Assembly (NCBI GenBank): GCA_030265395.1
Contig: JARFYF010000094.1
Span: 27,081,072 to 27,145,071 of the forward strand
Reading direction: 5' to 3'
From: Rhina ancylostomus
Taxonomy: Eukaryota
DNA length: 64,000 bases
Positions 49,191 to 62,549 of the stretch are shown here, in pieces. A program made the translations under genes and the position numbers. A model generated the notes under the pieces. That model was not told the DNA's origin. It saw only the letters and a program-made list of their open reading frames with translations, and did not search any database. The number at the start of each line of letters is the position of its first letter. Position 1 is the stretch's first letter.

Positions 49191-51749
49191 TTAAACCCTC
49201 TTAATTTAGAAAATAGTTATTACCTTATTACCTTAAAAATTATTGTATTGTGACATTGTATCAAATAAAATCACCATAGAAACATAATGATCTCACTGAA
49301 AGAAGTTTGGTAAAACTTTCTAAGTTGTTCGCATATGTAAAATATGCTGCAATCAATGTGATGTAGGCTTACAAAATGTATGTTTTTGTAACTCACTACG
49401 AAATAGATCTTATCTGGTTAAGCAAGCCTCCTTGGTATTTGAGGCCAGCAAATTTTACTTGTATCAGATAATTACATGGTCCTTCCAGCATAATGACTCC
49501 ACTGAAACCTTTTATAACGATCATAAAAATTATTCCTGCCACTTTCATAAAAATATATTTGCATCCTAATGTACAGTAAGGCCTTGCTTACCCAAGCTTG
49601 AATGCGTTTGACGCACTGCAGCTTGCTAAAGATATTTTCGCACAAAATAAAACTGAGAATGTACTGATTTCTAATGTGCAGTAATAACAAGATTTTAGGA
49701 TCCAAGGATTGCCATTGCATTTTATTGCTTCTGCCACATAAACTGAAAGATTAATATTATTGACTAATGCTTTACTGCCTTTTCATATCAAAATTATAAT
49801 CCAATTTTTGAAGCATTTAGTTTTGGATGCCAATTGTATTTCCAATTTCATATAAAGAATGCTCAAGGGATTAAGAAGACAATTGGAATCTAGCCTATAT
49901 AGTTGATAAATTTAGATTTATCCTTTATTAGTGATTTGCATTAGTAGCTTCCCTTGTCCCATATGTCGCCATTGCATTGTCTACTTGCTGATGAGACCCA
50001 TGGCAATTTTGGTCCCATTGGGATGAATACTGTGGCTCCTGGGCTATTAAACAATGCATTCAGCTTTAGGAAAGCTGGAAGGCAGTTATCTGAGGGTTTA
50101 TTGCAATGCTAATGAGTTCTTCTGTGGATTATTTTGTGTATAATTAGCATCTTTTGAATATTGAACAAATCAGATCTTTGTGTATATGTGGTAAAATTAA
50201 AATTGTGGTGAGTAAGTCAGAAACATATTTGTACAGTAAAGTGAATCAGAAGGCTCTTGAGTATAATGGTCCATAGTAATAAGGAATATGTGTTTCATAC
50301 ATTAATTTTAACAATTGAAATAATTGCTTCTTTGATTACTGTGACTGGAATAGTGAGACAAGATTCATGCCCCACTTTTTCATCTCAGCTAAAGCACATT
50401 TCATTTGCGGCCTACCTTCAATCTATATTATGGTCCCACCTTCATTTATATAATCTCCTCAGGGAAACTTTTGCTATATTTCTTCCNNNNNNNNNNACCC
50501 AAGAAAATCAAGCAAGTGCCAATTGTCAATGCATTCTGTATCTCCACTGATCAGCTTAGCCTTGTTTCTTTCTATGAAATAGCTCTTGACTACAGTGCTC
50601 CATCGAGAAGTGATCAGCTGACAAAAGAAACAATCTTTTTAAAATTTAGAGGGAAGGGTAATATATTAAAACCAGAAGTTATTAGTTTATTTTGCAGTCA
50701 TTGTACTTCTCCATAAATTATCAGTGTCAGACTCCATAGGCATTATTCATGGATAGGTCCATTTCCCTTCTGATTTTTTTGCCTCCCTTGAAACAAAAGC
50801 CCATGAACTTTAAAGCACCAACAGTCAGATATTTAGGTTTGAACCTTCCAATCAGAATTACTTGTTTGTATAGATTTTGTAGTTTTGTAAAGAAATAATG
50901 ATCATGCAAGTTTACCTATTGCTTGACAACTAACTTATATGTATGGTTTCTACATAATTCTACATAGCCAGATCTCAAAGGTATTAGAGATATTGAAAAC
51001 TAGCTTTGTGTTTACACTCTGCATTTAATGTGATTAGCTATATGTAAAACAATAGAAGCATAATTTTGAAGAATAATTAAATACCTGACCTTTCATTGAT
51101 CTTGTTGCTTTGGTTATCATATTCTGTTTGATCTTTAATCAGTTAGCTTTATTGTGTCCTTTAATCCTGAAAATATAACTTATTTGTGTCCTAAAAATCT
51201 GTTCCTTGTTAAGTGGATGAAATAATAAGTGTCCATTATTAAGCAAATTGTCCTTCAAAATATTGGAAAGAAAACAGTCAGAAAGGTAAATTTAAATTCA
51301 GTGTCTATATAATGCTGTCAAAAAAAATGTTGAAATGTTAGTTTTCAGAAGTTAGCATACAAAACATATTTTGTTTCTGTACATAATATGAAACTCACTG
51401 ATTAGTGATCATTTCTATGTGCAAATTATACAAATATTGGTATTGCCTGGAGTAGATTTTGCTAACAATCGATTTGAGATGAAATCATTCTTATCTCAAA
51501 ATTGGATCAGTAATTTCTGTTTACCATTCATGCTAGCACATTTGACATTATTCAGGCATCAGTTACACACCTAATGACATTGTTATTTGTGCAAAGTCTA
51601 CTTCTGTGCTGACTGACATAAATTTGAGCCCAAAGGCACAAAAGTTGTAGGGCAGTCATTGCACAGCTCAGACTACATGATGTTACTTTATCATGTTTAT
51701 CATTATTTAAAGGGACACTCTATTCACTCATTGGAACTTGGCTCGACAG

Positions 51750-51846
51750 AGAGAAAGACAAAATGTCAGAAACACTCAGCAGCTCAGATAGCGTTTGTGG
51801 AAAAATAATTAGAATTAGGATTTCAGGTCAAAGACCCTTCATCAGA
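51750..51846 (-). mobile_element. Half palindromic element with an intact hammerhead CUGAUGA/GAAA core
   Basis: The reverse complement of 51821-51845 is CTGATGAAGGGTCTTTGACCTGAAA, followed by the family arm. Confidence 0.65.
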
Positions 51847-53594
51847 TTACTTTGTTCAGGGGAGGGCTGAGAAATAGCAAATACTTAGGCCTGGCAAAAG
51901 TACTTTTGTCATATAAATAGTGGAGTCCCATTTTTTAACTATGGCTGGACAAGTGGCGAGCTGCTGGTAGTCCTATGGTTAAATATTTCTGTTTGAATAC
52001 CTGAAGGTGCCGTGAGCCACGTGTGCTTCTTTGCAACCATCTGGTTACATTGGTAGAAGATTGAATGGTGGAGTGTTGCAGGATCAGACCATTGAGATTG
52101 CTGCATGAGACATTGCACAGACTGTTATGTTTGTTCTTCATTAAGAGACAAAACTTGGTATGGGTTCTTAACTTCTGAACTTTTTAATATAACACAAAAT
52201 TACTGCATATTTGCTATACAGCTGCAGCTACAGACTGCAAACCAGAGCAACTGCTAACTCATCCTGTCTGTTTACACAGCTGGCTTGCTTACTCAGTCAC
52301 TTCCTGCTCCCCTGTGACCCCTTGCATTACCTGCTGGGAACTGTAGTTCTTTATTATAACTACATAACAACACATAATAACACACAAACTAGCATTATTC
52401 TAATTCAAAATATCAAGCCTCAGTTGGAAAAGTTCTGCCAAGGTCCAATTGAAGGAGCAGGGAGGGAAGTGTGTGCTGCTGGATCGACCACTGTGGAAAG
52501 TGAATTTATGACCTTGTGGTGATGGTGCTGTTGTTGATTGAATCAAAGAGGATGTAGTAAGCACAGTTAGATGTGGTTAGTGAGCAAGTCTGGCAGACAG
52601 TTTATCCCATTTGCATTTGAGGTAGTGTGGGGCTCAATGACTCCTTTGCTCATGAGGTGGTCTCCTCTTTGGGGACAGGCACTACACTCATCCCACTGGT
52701 TTCCCTGACCCCCAAACCATGTGGTGCCCTCCTTTCTACATCTCACTGTCTTTGACTAAATGAAGGACTTTGAACAGGCTTTCTATTATTGTCCTTTTAG
52801 AAGCACATACTTCGTGTGGGTAGTGGAGGGGGTGTGGGGTGTTGTGTTGGAGAGGGTTCAGCATATGTAGAGGTGGTGTAGGAGAAGATTGGATGTATGG
52901 GGATTGTCTGTAGAGAGAGCATGCGTATGCATGAGAGAGAAAGAATGAATGAAAGAGCAGTATTTATGTTGATCTTGAGCTCATCTTGACAAATCCAGAA
53001 TTGCTGCATCATTTGGGAATCCTCACTTCTGGCAAACGCTATACCAGGCACATCTTCAATGGTAGCCCTAGCAGGTTTCCCACACCAGGAATTCAGTGGT
53101 CCCATCATGTGACATGTAGAGCTCCCTCCCTTTTCCATGGTAGCCACTGTGTCTTGTTGGTCTCTGAGTGTACCTTGAAGGACTGAAACCTTTCTGTTAT
53201 TGATGTACAGGAAAATGTCAGCAACTGCAATGTTGTGGTCCCATTGGCAACTATGCTGGACTCAAATAATTGTGTTTTTCAGCTAAGTATTGGGCCAGAT
53301 GTTTGTGGAAATTCCTTCTAAAGTTCAGTGATGGGAAATTATCATGAAACTGCCAGCTCTACAGCAGAGAGTTAAAGGAAACAGCTTCTGATACAAATCT
53401 ACTTCATTGTAATTTTTTTCTTGTAAACCTTTATATAGCTTTTTTAGTTTTATACTAATATGTATATTAATATATTGGTTATTAGACCTTTGCCTGGAAG
53501 ATTTAAATAATGGGCACAGTTATTTTCAAACTCAAAATTAGATTCCATACGTTTGCTTCTTTCAGTTTATCCAAACTAAATTGTGAATTTGAAA

Positions 53595-53665
53595 ATCAAG
53601 ATTTCAAGATTTCTTTATTTGTCATTGTACTGTTGCAGGACAACAACACAATGAAATTACAATGG
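53595..53665 (-). mobile_element. LINE/SINE 3' terminus (Rex/Babar-like)
   Basis: The reverse strand reads atgacaaataaagaaatcttgaaatcttga: a poly(A) signal plus a short tandem tail. Confidence 0.4.
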
Positions 53666-55699
53666 CACTCCCTTACCTAATAAAAACCAGAACAGTAAAT
53701 TGATAAGAACAATTATGACTATAAAATAAAACAAACATACTTACACAAATATAAGGTATATAAAAAAATAAGAGGCATTGTGCAAATGAACCATGATAAT
53801 AATAGTAATGATGTTATTTAGCCTTGGGTTAGGCAGTACAGGTTGCCCTGGGTAACAGGTTCCATTTTTATAGACATCCATAAGTTGATTTTGTCTATAT
53901 ATTGGAAAATATATAAAAATCACTCGATATGGTAACCACACCTCCACAGTATTGTAATGAATGGCATCAAGAGCACATAAGACGAACAAGAATGAACAAT
54001 TATTAAAAGTGGAGAGAGAGGGGAAGCCGGTTCTGCTGTTTGTAACAACAAATGTATGTGTGTGCATCAAACTTTTAAATGTAATAAGGGAGCTTCTTGG
54101 TATGTACAGCTGTCCATTGGTCAAACATTCATTACAAATTCCAATTACAGCCATTCTTTTCTGATCCAAGGAGTTGAATGCTTTTATCTCATCATTAATA
54201 TCACATTTTATTAATTTGTGAGAAGTAAGTGTCTGTGGCAGGGCAGCAGTTACTGCCCATTCCTAACTGCCCTTGAGAAGCTGGTGATAGTTCCCTGAAG
54301 AGTTCCACTGAAGGTATAACCCATAATGATTTTGGAAAGGCAGTTCCAGGATTAGATAGAGCAGTAAAGATAAAACGTTTCCAAGTCAGAACAGTTTGCG
54401 ACTTGAAGGGAAGCTTACATCCAATGCTGTTCTTATTCTGCTACAAGTGTGGAAGGGACTATTAAAGTAGATGATGCACAGTGCAGCCACAGTCTGCTTG
54501 TGATGGACAGAGTGAATGATTCAAATGCTACTCAAATGAGAAATGTATAACAAACTAATATTTTCTATTACCCATCTTGCTCAGGCCTAGTAAAGATCCA
54601 ATGACTTGGGCCCCAGTTTTAACTCTGGACAGATTTTGTGCAGTAGTTAATAGGATGATGTTGGAACTCATTCTCACAGAAGCAAACAAGTCGGTTTATT
54701 GTTTCATTCATTTTTGTGCATTGGTGTCACTATCTGAAGCAGGGTTTATCCAGGATCAGCAAAATGCACTCAGGTTAGAATCATTTGTAGTTCCCTTCTG
54801 AACTTGCAGGCGATGGCTTTCCAATGCTTTTTCTGCTTTCCTCAGGGTGGACATTTGGCAGATGGACATTTGACGGGTGGAGTCAACAAAACCTTAGTGA
54901 ATTGCCGCAATACACTTACATGCCAGTTGTGCCTTTCAGCATCTTTGGAAGTCCCAAAATGGTTTATAATCATGAATGTGCTTTTTGAAGCTTAGTCACT
55001 GTTCTAATGTAGATGCAATGGTTAATATGCATGCAGTAATTTTCTAAAAGGAATTCTCAACATGATTTTAGCTGTGCCCATTCAAACAAGAGCTAAAAAG
55101 TCCATCACTTCCTGATATACAAGGTAGTAGCTAGGCTGGGGACTGAGGTGATGAGCCACTCATTGCAGAATACCCAGTCTTTTAATTTCCTGGGCTCATG
55201 GTAATGATTGGCATTCCCATCTGTTTGGCTGCTACAGCTGGATGCCAGCCAAGTTTTTTAGTGCAATTTCCAAGGGTCAGCTAGAGGCCTGTTTAAAAGA
55301 CAATTGAACTCTGAAAACAAAGATGCACTGTCTTCTGTCTCTTGGTTCATGTTGGCTGAACAGAGAAGGGGAATATTAGCAATGTTCAGGAAACCAATCT
55401 CTCTGTAGTTTTCCTGTAAGTCCTGCTGGAAGAGAGGGAGCAAAGGAGAGAACTATTTTGTACCAGCTCTGGGATAAGGGTGCTAAAGCGAGAGTTTGAA
55501 GCAACAAGGTCTGGAAAAATGTATGATGGATTGGTGAATTATTCACCATTTTCCCAGTCCTACAGTGTCTGAATTTGACATTGGTAAAGGTTCAGCAACT
55601 CTCCATTATATCTCTGTTATATCTGTTTACAGTTCTTCCTATCTCCCACCTACCTCAACTCTGACCTAATACTTTCCTCACTATCTGACACTAATATAA

Positions 55700-56550
55700 C
55701 CACTCATTCTCATTTGAATTCTAGTGACTCCTTGCTTCTTCCCGTTGCAATAGCAACCAGCGTGATCTAGGTCAAACTGTAGGTTCAGTAAGACATCTGA
55801 ACCTTTGCTTCAGTATGTCAGTAGTATGTTCCTACTATATTTGCATTCTGATAATTGTACCTGATGTTCTGGTGGCAGAGGTGTGATATTAAACATATTT
55901 GTTGGAGTATTTCTGCCCCCCAGCAACCATCCTTAGCATTCTTGGATGGGTGGATTAAATGGGACTATGGATGAGTGCTGCAAGATGGAAGTGTTTTGTC
56001 TGCAGTCTGCAAAATAGGCATTGTCACATCTTATCATTCTGCAATATTACACAGCAATTGTATATTCAGGGAGTTCCCTTTTCCTTCCAACAAAGTTCAT
56101 CTTTGGTGCTCTAATAGATAATTGAGTGCAGTCTGTGATGCTGTGGGCTCAAGGGAATTCCAGAGCTCCATTGCTTTGGCCTTGGTATCTACGGCAACTC
56201 ACAGATTTGATCTGATAAAGCAGCATGCCATTGCAGACTGAGAGATAACTTCAGTAACACCCTAGCATTAAAAGGCAACAGTAACTTAAACCATTGCTTC
56301 CACAGGCAAAGCAAGATTGCTTATCCCTCAAGCACCAAACCTGATTGGACAGCATCGACTATCCTGGTGGAGTGCAGCTTTCAGCAGGATTGTGCCTTTA
56401 CACCTCTGGGGGACTGGTGGGGTTTGTATACCTCATGGGCTGGTAAAGCCTCCAAGAGCAAAGCTCCAGTATCCAACAGTCCCACCTGCTGGTTATCTTG
56501 GCCATTGAGAGTGCTGCAGTTGCTGCTCATCTCCTTCCAGCCAAATGAAT
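55700..56550 (-). mobile_element. Fossil PIF/Harbinger transposase
   Basis: Minus strand, in order: ALPVEAMV*VTVA, ISQSAMACC, FP*AHSITDCTQLSIRAP..FVGRK, NSLNIQLLCN, GWLLGGR and DILKQRFRCL. These are HARBI1-type motifs with stops and frameshifts. Confidence 0.85.
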
Positions 56551-58975
56551 GAAGGAAAAGTGGCGTTCATGAGCCTCGAGTGTTGAATCAACAGGGAATG
56601 CTCAGTCGAGCTCCCACTGGTCTGTCTGCCTTTACATGTGTGCAACTTTAAGTCGGCCAGTTTCTGATGCCAACCTTCTGACATCTTCCTCAACAAACCC
56701 CTGCCTGCTCAGTTAAAATCACATGTTGGCCTGAATTTTACTGGTAAATTCTGGTTGCTTTTCATGGAAAATGAAGAGAGCATGGATTCCAGTGCTGGAG
56801 CTCCATGTTGTTCATGTTCTCCAAGATTTATGCTGAGGTTATACCTGGTGAACAGTGCATGAGCCCTTTGATTTCAGTGGGGATTGTGGGGCAGCAGGGA
56901 AGAAAGATAAAAGGTGAATTTCTTGGGGATTTTTTGTTATTTTTAATTTGATTAAGGTTTTTAATTATTTTAAGATATTTTTTTTTAATCCAATGTTTCA
57001 TTTTTAAAACAGTTGGTAGTTTTGAAAGCCAGTGAACCTGGGAACAAATTTTTGCCAATTATCAAGGCTGTCAGGTTGTTTTCAGTGCAAGGTTTCTCTA
57101 TTGTATTTTTAAATCCATATTACTGTTAGACTCTGGGATTATCACCCCAGTAAGAAAGGCCCTCCACATCTGGATTAGGTAAATTCAGTTGAAGGGTGAC
57201 CAAGTGCAGTAGAGCCCTCTAATAAAATCCAGCCCACTGCTTTGCAATTATTTATGAGCCATCTGTCTTTTTATGGAATATGCTTTTCTTGAACTTGAGT
57301 TGATCAGTTAAAATTAGTGGCTGCTAGTGTCAGTGGAGTGGTATTTTTGATATTTGAACTGTCCATCTGCCCCATTCCACCTAGGTGGGCTGGGCAGTAA
57401 CTTTGAGGATATGAGGTTTTCTTCTAATTATTTTTTGATAGGCCTTATTCTGAGTCCATGCATTAGTTTGAGATCAGTTTTGCAGATCCACACTGAGTCA
57501 TTCTCATCTGTATCTGTGATTCACATTTAATTGACCAAAGATATCCTTAAAAAATATAATCTTGCTAACAGTTATAATAGAATAGTTTGCATTGCTGTTC
57601 ATATTTAATATCACCAGTTCCGAATGTTACTGCAAAAGATAACATGGGTGAATAAATTATAAATATAATTAATTTGATATTAACCCTGTAACAAAAATTC
57701 AAAGCTTTCATGAAATCAAACTAATTATTAAATTTCATTTTTTTCTAACTCAACTTTAAAAGTCAGAATAAAATCAAATGCAGCTTATTAAAGGGAAAAA
57801 ATTAAGATTCTAAATCCACGTAGATTTTGAATTATGCAGCTTTTCAATCAGGTTAATCAAATTTGAGAGTGTATCATTTATTTCTATGTACACCTTTGTT
57901 ATCAAGTATTTTAATATATTGTATCTGTGCAGCATTAGATTCCAACAAAAGAAACAAAACCCTTAACTACAGTTGAGCTATGCTGAGTGCCTTAATTAGC
58001 AGCAAGTAATTACAGCTCAGCAATTATAAAGTGTGAGATCACCCTGTGTAACAGAACAGTACATTAGAAAAACATAAGGGACTTTTTTTTTTGTTTTCAG
58101 TGTGATAACAGTACATTTACATGAATCAGGAAGCAGCAACATTAGGGCTGCATGCAGGTGCTCCCAAATGGTTTATTAAGGGCTTCATTGTGGTGTAATA
58201 ATCCCTTTGTTAGAAGCCCCTGATGAACATGGCAGTCCCTCCTTCTGTCACAAGAGCACAGAGAGGCTCATTTGATATTCAGTTCCAGCCCAAGGAAAGT
58301 CATTAAATCAGATGAGCAATGACGCTGGAGTTTTAGAGTCCAGCTTCAGTCAACATCACCATGCAAAGGCTGTTCACAGCTCTGTGTGCTTCCGTTGGCC
58401 GTGCTTTCTCAATGATGACCAATTTGTGCTCGATACTTTGCATCAAGTACAGGTAAAATGTTGAGAGGTTTGTGGTGCTATACTTCTTTAACTACCAGAA
58501 ATTGTTTTGCTTGAATCCCTTTTTGTGCTGTAACATTTTTATCCTTCTTGGGCCCCAGGCTGTTTCTCATGCCATTTAGGAGCATATCTATTGATTTCTG
58601 TTTCTCATTGGTAGTTATTTAGTATTTTCTTATTCATTTTTCCAAATGTCCTCAAAATGGTAGGCTGAGAATTTGTTATTTTTGAAAACTTTATCTCAAA
58701 AAATGGAAGTGGAATTGTGTTAAGTTTGAAAACTAGTGGATGTTGCCTTTGATGCACTTCCAAAAGCTGAAAAGGAATTTAAATCAGCAGACGTTTTAAT
58801 TCTTTGATGATTCTTTTCAAAGGTCTTTCAGAAACCTTTGACAATGAAAAGCAAATGTAAATGATAACTATGTGCCAGGGCTTTATTTACAAGCATCCAC
58901 TATTTCAAAGCTTTAAATTTTTGTCAGTGCATTATAGTTTATAATCAAATAACCACATTGTTTATTTCCCCTCAG

Positions 58976-59067
58976 AAAGTGCTTTCAGACAGCGCATTTC
59001 TATGTGGAGGATAGCAATTCACCGCGGGTGGTTCCTAATGAAAGCATTCCCATTATTCCAATTCCAG
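58976..59067 (+). CDS. PTPRG: PTPRG intracellular juxtamembrane exon
   Basis: Acceptor tatttcccctcag| and donor CAG|gtatgt. 92 nt (phase 2 to 1): (R)[30 protein letters not shown], near-identical to PTPRG. Confidence 0.97.
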
Positions 59068-61915
59068 GTATGTTAATTATTCTTTCTTTGCATATGCAAA
59101 ATACAGTTTTTGAATGTGTTTTAGTTCTTGTTCATATTTACATTAAATAAACCAATATATGTAGTTCAACTTCAAAGTTTAGAAATTATTGCTCTGAAGC
59201 ATTTCTTGGAAAACATTTCCGTCACACATTTATGTTTTTAATTGTCATTACAAACACTGAAAATTGTTTTAATGAGTTAAATGGAATGTCTTTTAAGGTC
59301 CTGTGTCATTATATGGAAACATCTGCATTTTGATTAAGCATTTAATCTTGTTAGAAAACACACAAATCAAACTTAAGACATCATCAGCTGTTGAGAAACG
59401 CAGGACCAAAATTTCAGTTAAAAATTCTAATGATGCTTTGTGAGCCACTGTTTGATCTAGGAAGGGAGAGAAGAAGCAGGCAGGACAATTGATTCTGGAA
59501 CTATATGACAGATTCCTGCACATGTGTGATCTACAAAGACATGCAAGAAAAGTGTGCTTATGTATTGAAATGAATGGTTGTAATACAGGAGAAAAGTTGG
59601 CTCATGATATAAAAGTTGGATCATGATTATTATTTTACAAAATAAAATAATCTGATCAGTCAATGCTGCTTTAGTTTTCATTGACATACAATTGGGGCNN
59701 NNNNNNNNNNNNNNNNNNNNNNNNNNNNNNNNNNNNNNNNNNNNNNNNNNNNNNNNNNNNNNNNNNNNNNNNNNNNNNNNNNNNNNNNNNNNNNNNNNTA
59801 CAATTGGGGCATAATATACAGATTCTGTAATCATGAAGTGTTATTTCATGGGTTATTCTCCATAGTTCCAAATAACTGGCTCTTACATATAGAGAGACTC
59901 AATGTTGCTGATTTTCCTGGCTATCAAATAGCTATCGGTAGGATGATGAGAGCATGTCACACAACATGGACTTGATCGTAAGATGAAAGAATGCAAGCAT
60001 ACATTTGTCATGCAGTTACACATTAACATGAAGTTCATCAGCAGCCTATAGCAAGAGAATTAGGGTTAAAAAAAAGACCTCTACTTGTTAATTCTTAGAT
60101 AAGGAATCACATTTTTCTGGTTAGAAGTTGCACAGTCTCTTAAGACTGCTAGAATCCCATCAAGGAGCTAACTTTAAAGGATTTTCATTTTATGATTTTA
60201 TATGCAGTGCCACTGTGAAGAGGAGTGAATGCTTAATGTTTTATTATTCTGTGTAGTAGTTAAACAGTCCTGCCTGGATAAATTATCTTCATTGACTGCC
60301 TGTAGCAGTAGTTCATTGGTTGCTGTTGATCACTGTCTTCTGTTCATTCACTTTGAATAATTGTTGCTGTCTATCTATTGACAAGTGTCCACATCAGGCC
60401 TAAGGAGCAGATTGAATACTGATATACGGTTCACTTTGACAACAAGACCTCATTGCACTATTATTTTCTTTTGGCTTTGTTTTAAGCTTCCAATGCAGTG
60501 ACTTTGGTGCACTTCAGATAATTAAGTAACTCCATGGTTCAATTTTGACTTATAAATACTCCCTTAAATTGTGGATTTCTTTATGCAAATATTTTACTAA
60601 TAAATTAAAAGATTTGGAGACATATTAATAAACACATGAACGTACAAAATTGATGGAAGGACCATTGTGCCTATCTCACACATTCATAATGCCTTAGCAT
60701 GATTCACAACACCACCAACCCCCTTGCATAGTAATGAGACAGCCACAGCTATTAAAAAGCTGGCAGTTAAAATGTCTCTTAATGTTGCTAAGGCAACTTT
60801 TTCCTACATTTGAGTCATCTGACCACACAATTCATGAGCATCCCCTCTGCAGGAAAGCACTGAACTCAGATCAATACTTCCAGAGAAGTCACAGAGAGAG
60901 GCAGTCTCCCAGAGTGAATTATGGGCCCTTGTTAACTGCTGCTGGACAGTGCTGGCGATAACCTCGACAAGCAAACTGTGGGAAATTGTAGAGCCTTCTG
61001 CTCTGTCACTCCCATCATCTGTAGAGGAAGGGGAAAAGAACAAGTCTCACCCATGAAAATGCTGAAAACATTTTGACTGCTGGCTAAGCCACTAACTCAG
61101 GTTTAGCTGACTGTCAAAGCTGTCAAAATTCTAAAGCTTTCTGACAAGCATAAACATTCAAAAGCTATTAAAATAAATACAGTGACAAAAAAATATCAAA
61201 AGTTTAAACCTTATTTAATAATTAAAGGTTATCTATCAATTAATAACAATTACCATTGAAATAGAACAGAATGCTGTAAGCCAAAACTGGAGCTGGTTCT
61301 TGAAGCAGATTCCCCAACATGATTGCTGGGGAACCATGGAAACTGTATTCTGTCATTAGTCTCTGTTAGGAGTCAAACACCTGAGCAATGTTGTGAGATT
61401 GCTGGCAAACAGCTGCCAGCAAGTTGGTGACTTATAAGTTCATGCTCACATGCATCAAAATTCTGAACGTCCATGGGAAATTGCCAGCAATCTACCCAGA
61501 ACTGCCAGTATTTTCCTACAAGATAATTAACTTAGCCTTTCTGTCAAATTAATTCATGTGAAAATTTGGAGACCTAGGTAATGATCCCTGTACCTCTATA
61601 TATAAATCTATAGCATACCTAATATTTGACCTGGCATCTCATTCTCAAAGAATACAGTGCTATCAAATTTAAAGTATGGTTAAACAATTTTGTCAGATTA
61701 TTTATACATTTATGACGAAAGGCTTGAGAAATTAGCACTTTTCACTACAGCAAAGAAGATAAATGACCAACATAATAGTGAAGTCCTCAAGATTATGATT
61801 TACCTAAAAATAATTCAGAATAGATTTTCAAAGCAGTAAGGAGAGAGACCAACTTTAAGATGATCACAAAAAGAATTAAGCTGGAAGTGCTTGCCACAGG
61901 TAACATTTAGAAAAT

Positions 61916-62090
61916 GGAGACACAAGATTCTGCAGATGTTGGAATATGGATCTTATGCCTCCATTTGGCTACTCCACTGTGATGCCTCTTCAAGGTATGC
62001 CCACTTTGAAGAAATTTTCCTCCTCTCCCTCCACANNNNNNNNNNAGATACTGCTTGATCTGCTGAGTTCCTCCAGCATTTTGTTTGTTG
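61916..62090. mobile_element. Penelope-like terminal-repeat element fragment
   Basis: ggagacacaagattctgcagatgttggaat is the reverse of the 7110-7136 terminus. tgcttgatctgctgagttcctccagcatttt is the family arm. Confidence 0.6.
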
Positions 62091-62549
62091 ATTTAGAAAA
62101 TGGAATTACTTGCCATAAATTACAGTTGAAGTAAATTCCTCAATTTATTTGTTCTTCAATTAATTTATTTTGAAAATAATTTGTCAAGAAGAATGCTAAA
62201 TAATAAGAAAGAACAAGGACTAGTTTGGCTAGGGAGAAAATACTGGCTCTGATCGCCATTTCTATCCTATGATTTTCTGCGATTCTTTGCACTATCTTTT
62301 AGAAGAAGCATTGGTCATTATTTTTAGTCTAATTCAATCCTGATTGTCTTTAGGTGAAGCTTGTGTTGATTGTTCTTCTCATTCTTGACTATACTAACAT
62401 CCTGGAAATATAGTTACTTACTCAAACAGCCAATTAGATTTCTTTTCTGTGAAATAATCTTCCATGCAAAATATTTCAATGTATTTTTATAGCTTGTTAA
62501 AGAACTTGAGATTTACAAAACAACTAACTATAACTTAAGACAAGGAGTA

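Noticed and set aside
53835-54110. Tigger/mariner-like MITE starting TACAGG
   Set aside because: Only one end is suggestive. A matching terminal inverted repeat could not be identified.
55385-55460. VSPAGREGAKER peptide as a homologue of the mammalian 29-aa juxtamembrane cassette exon
   Set aside because: Only vague similarity, with no convincing acceptor/donor pair in the right phase.
55744-55757. X-box-like GTTGCAATAGCAAC
   Set aside because: Lies within the 3' end of a Harbinger fossil and is a single imperfect match, with no support for function.
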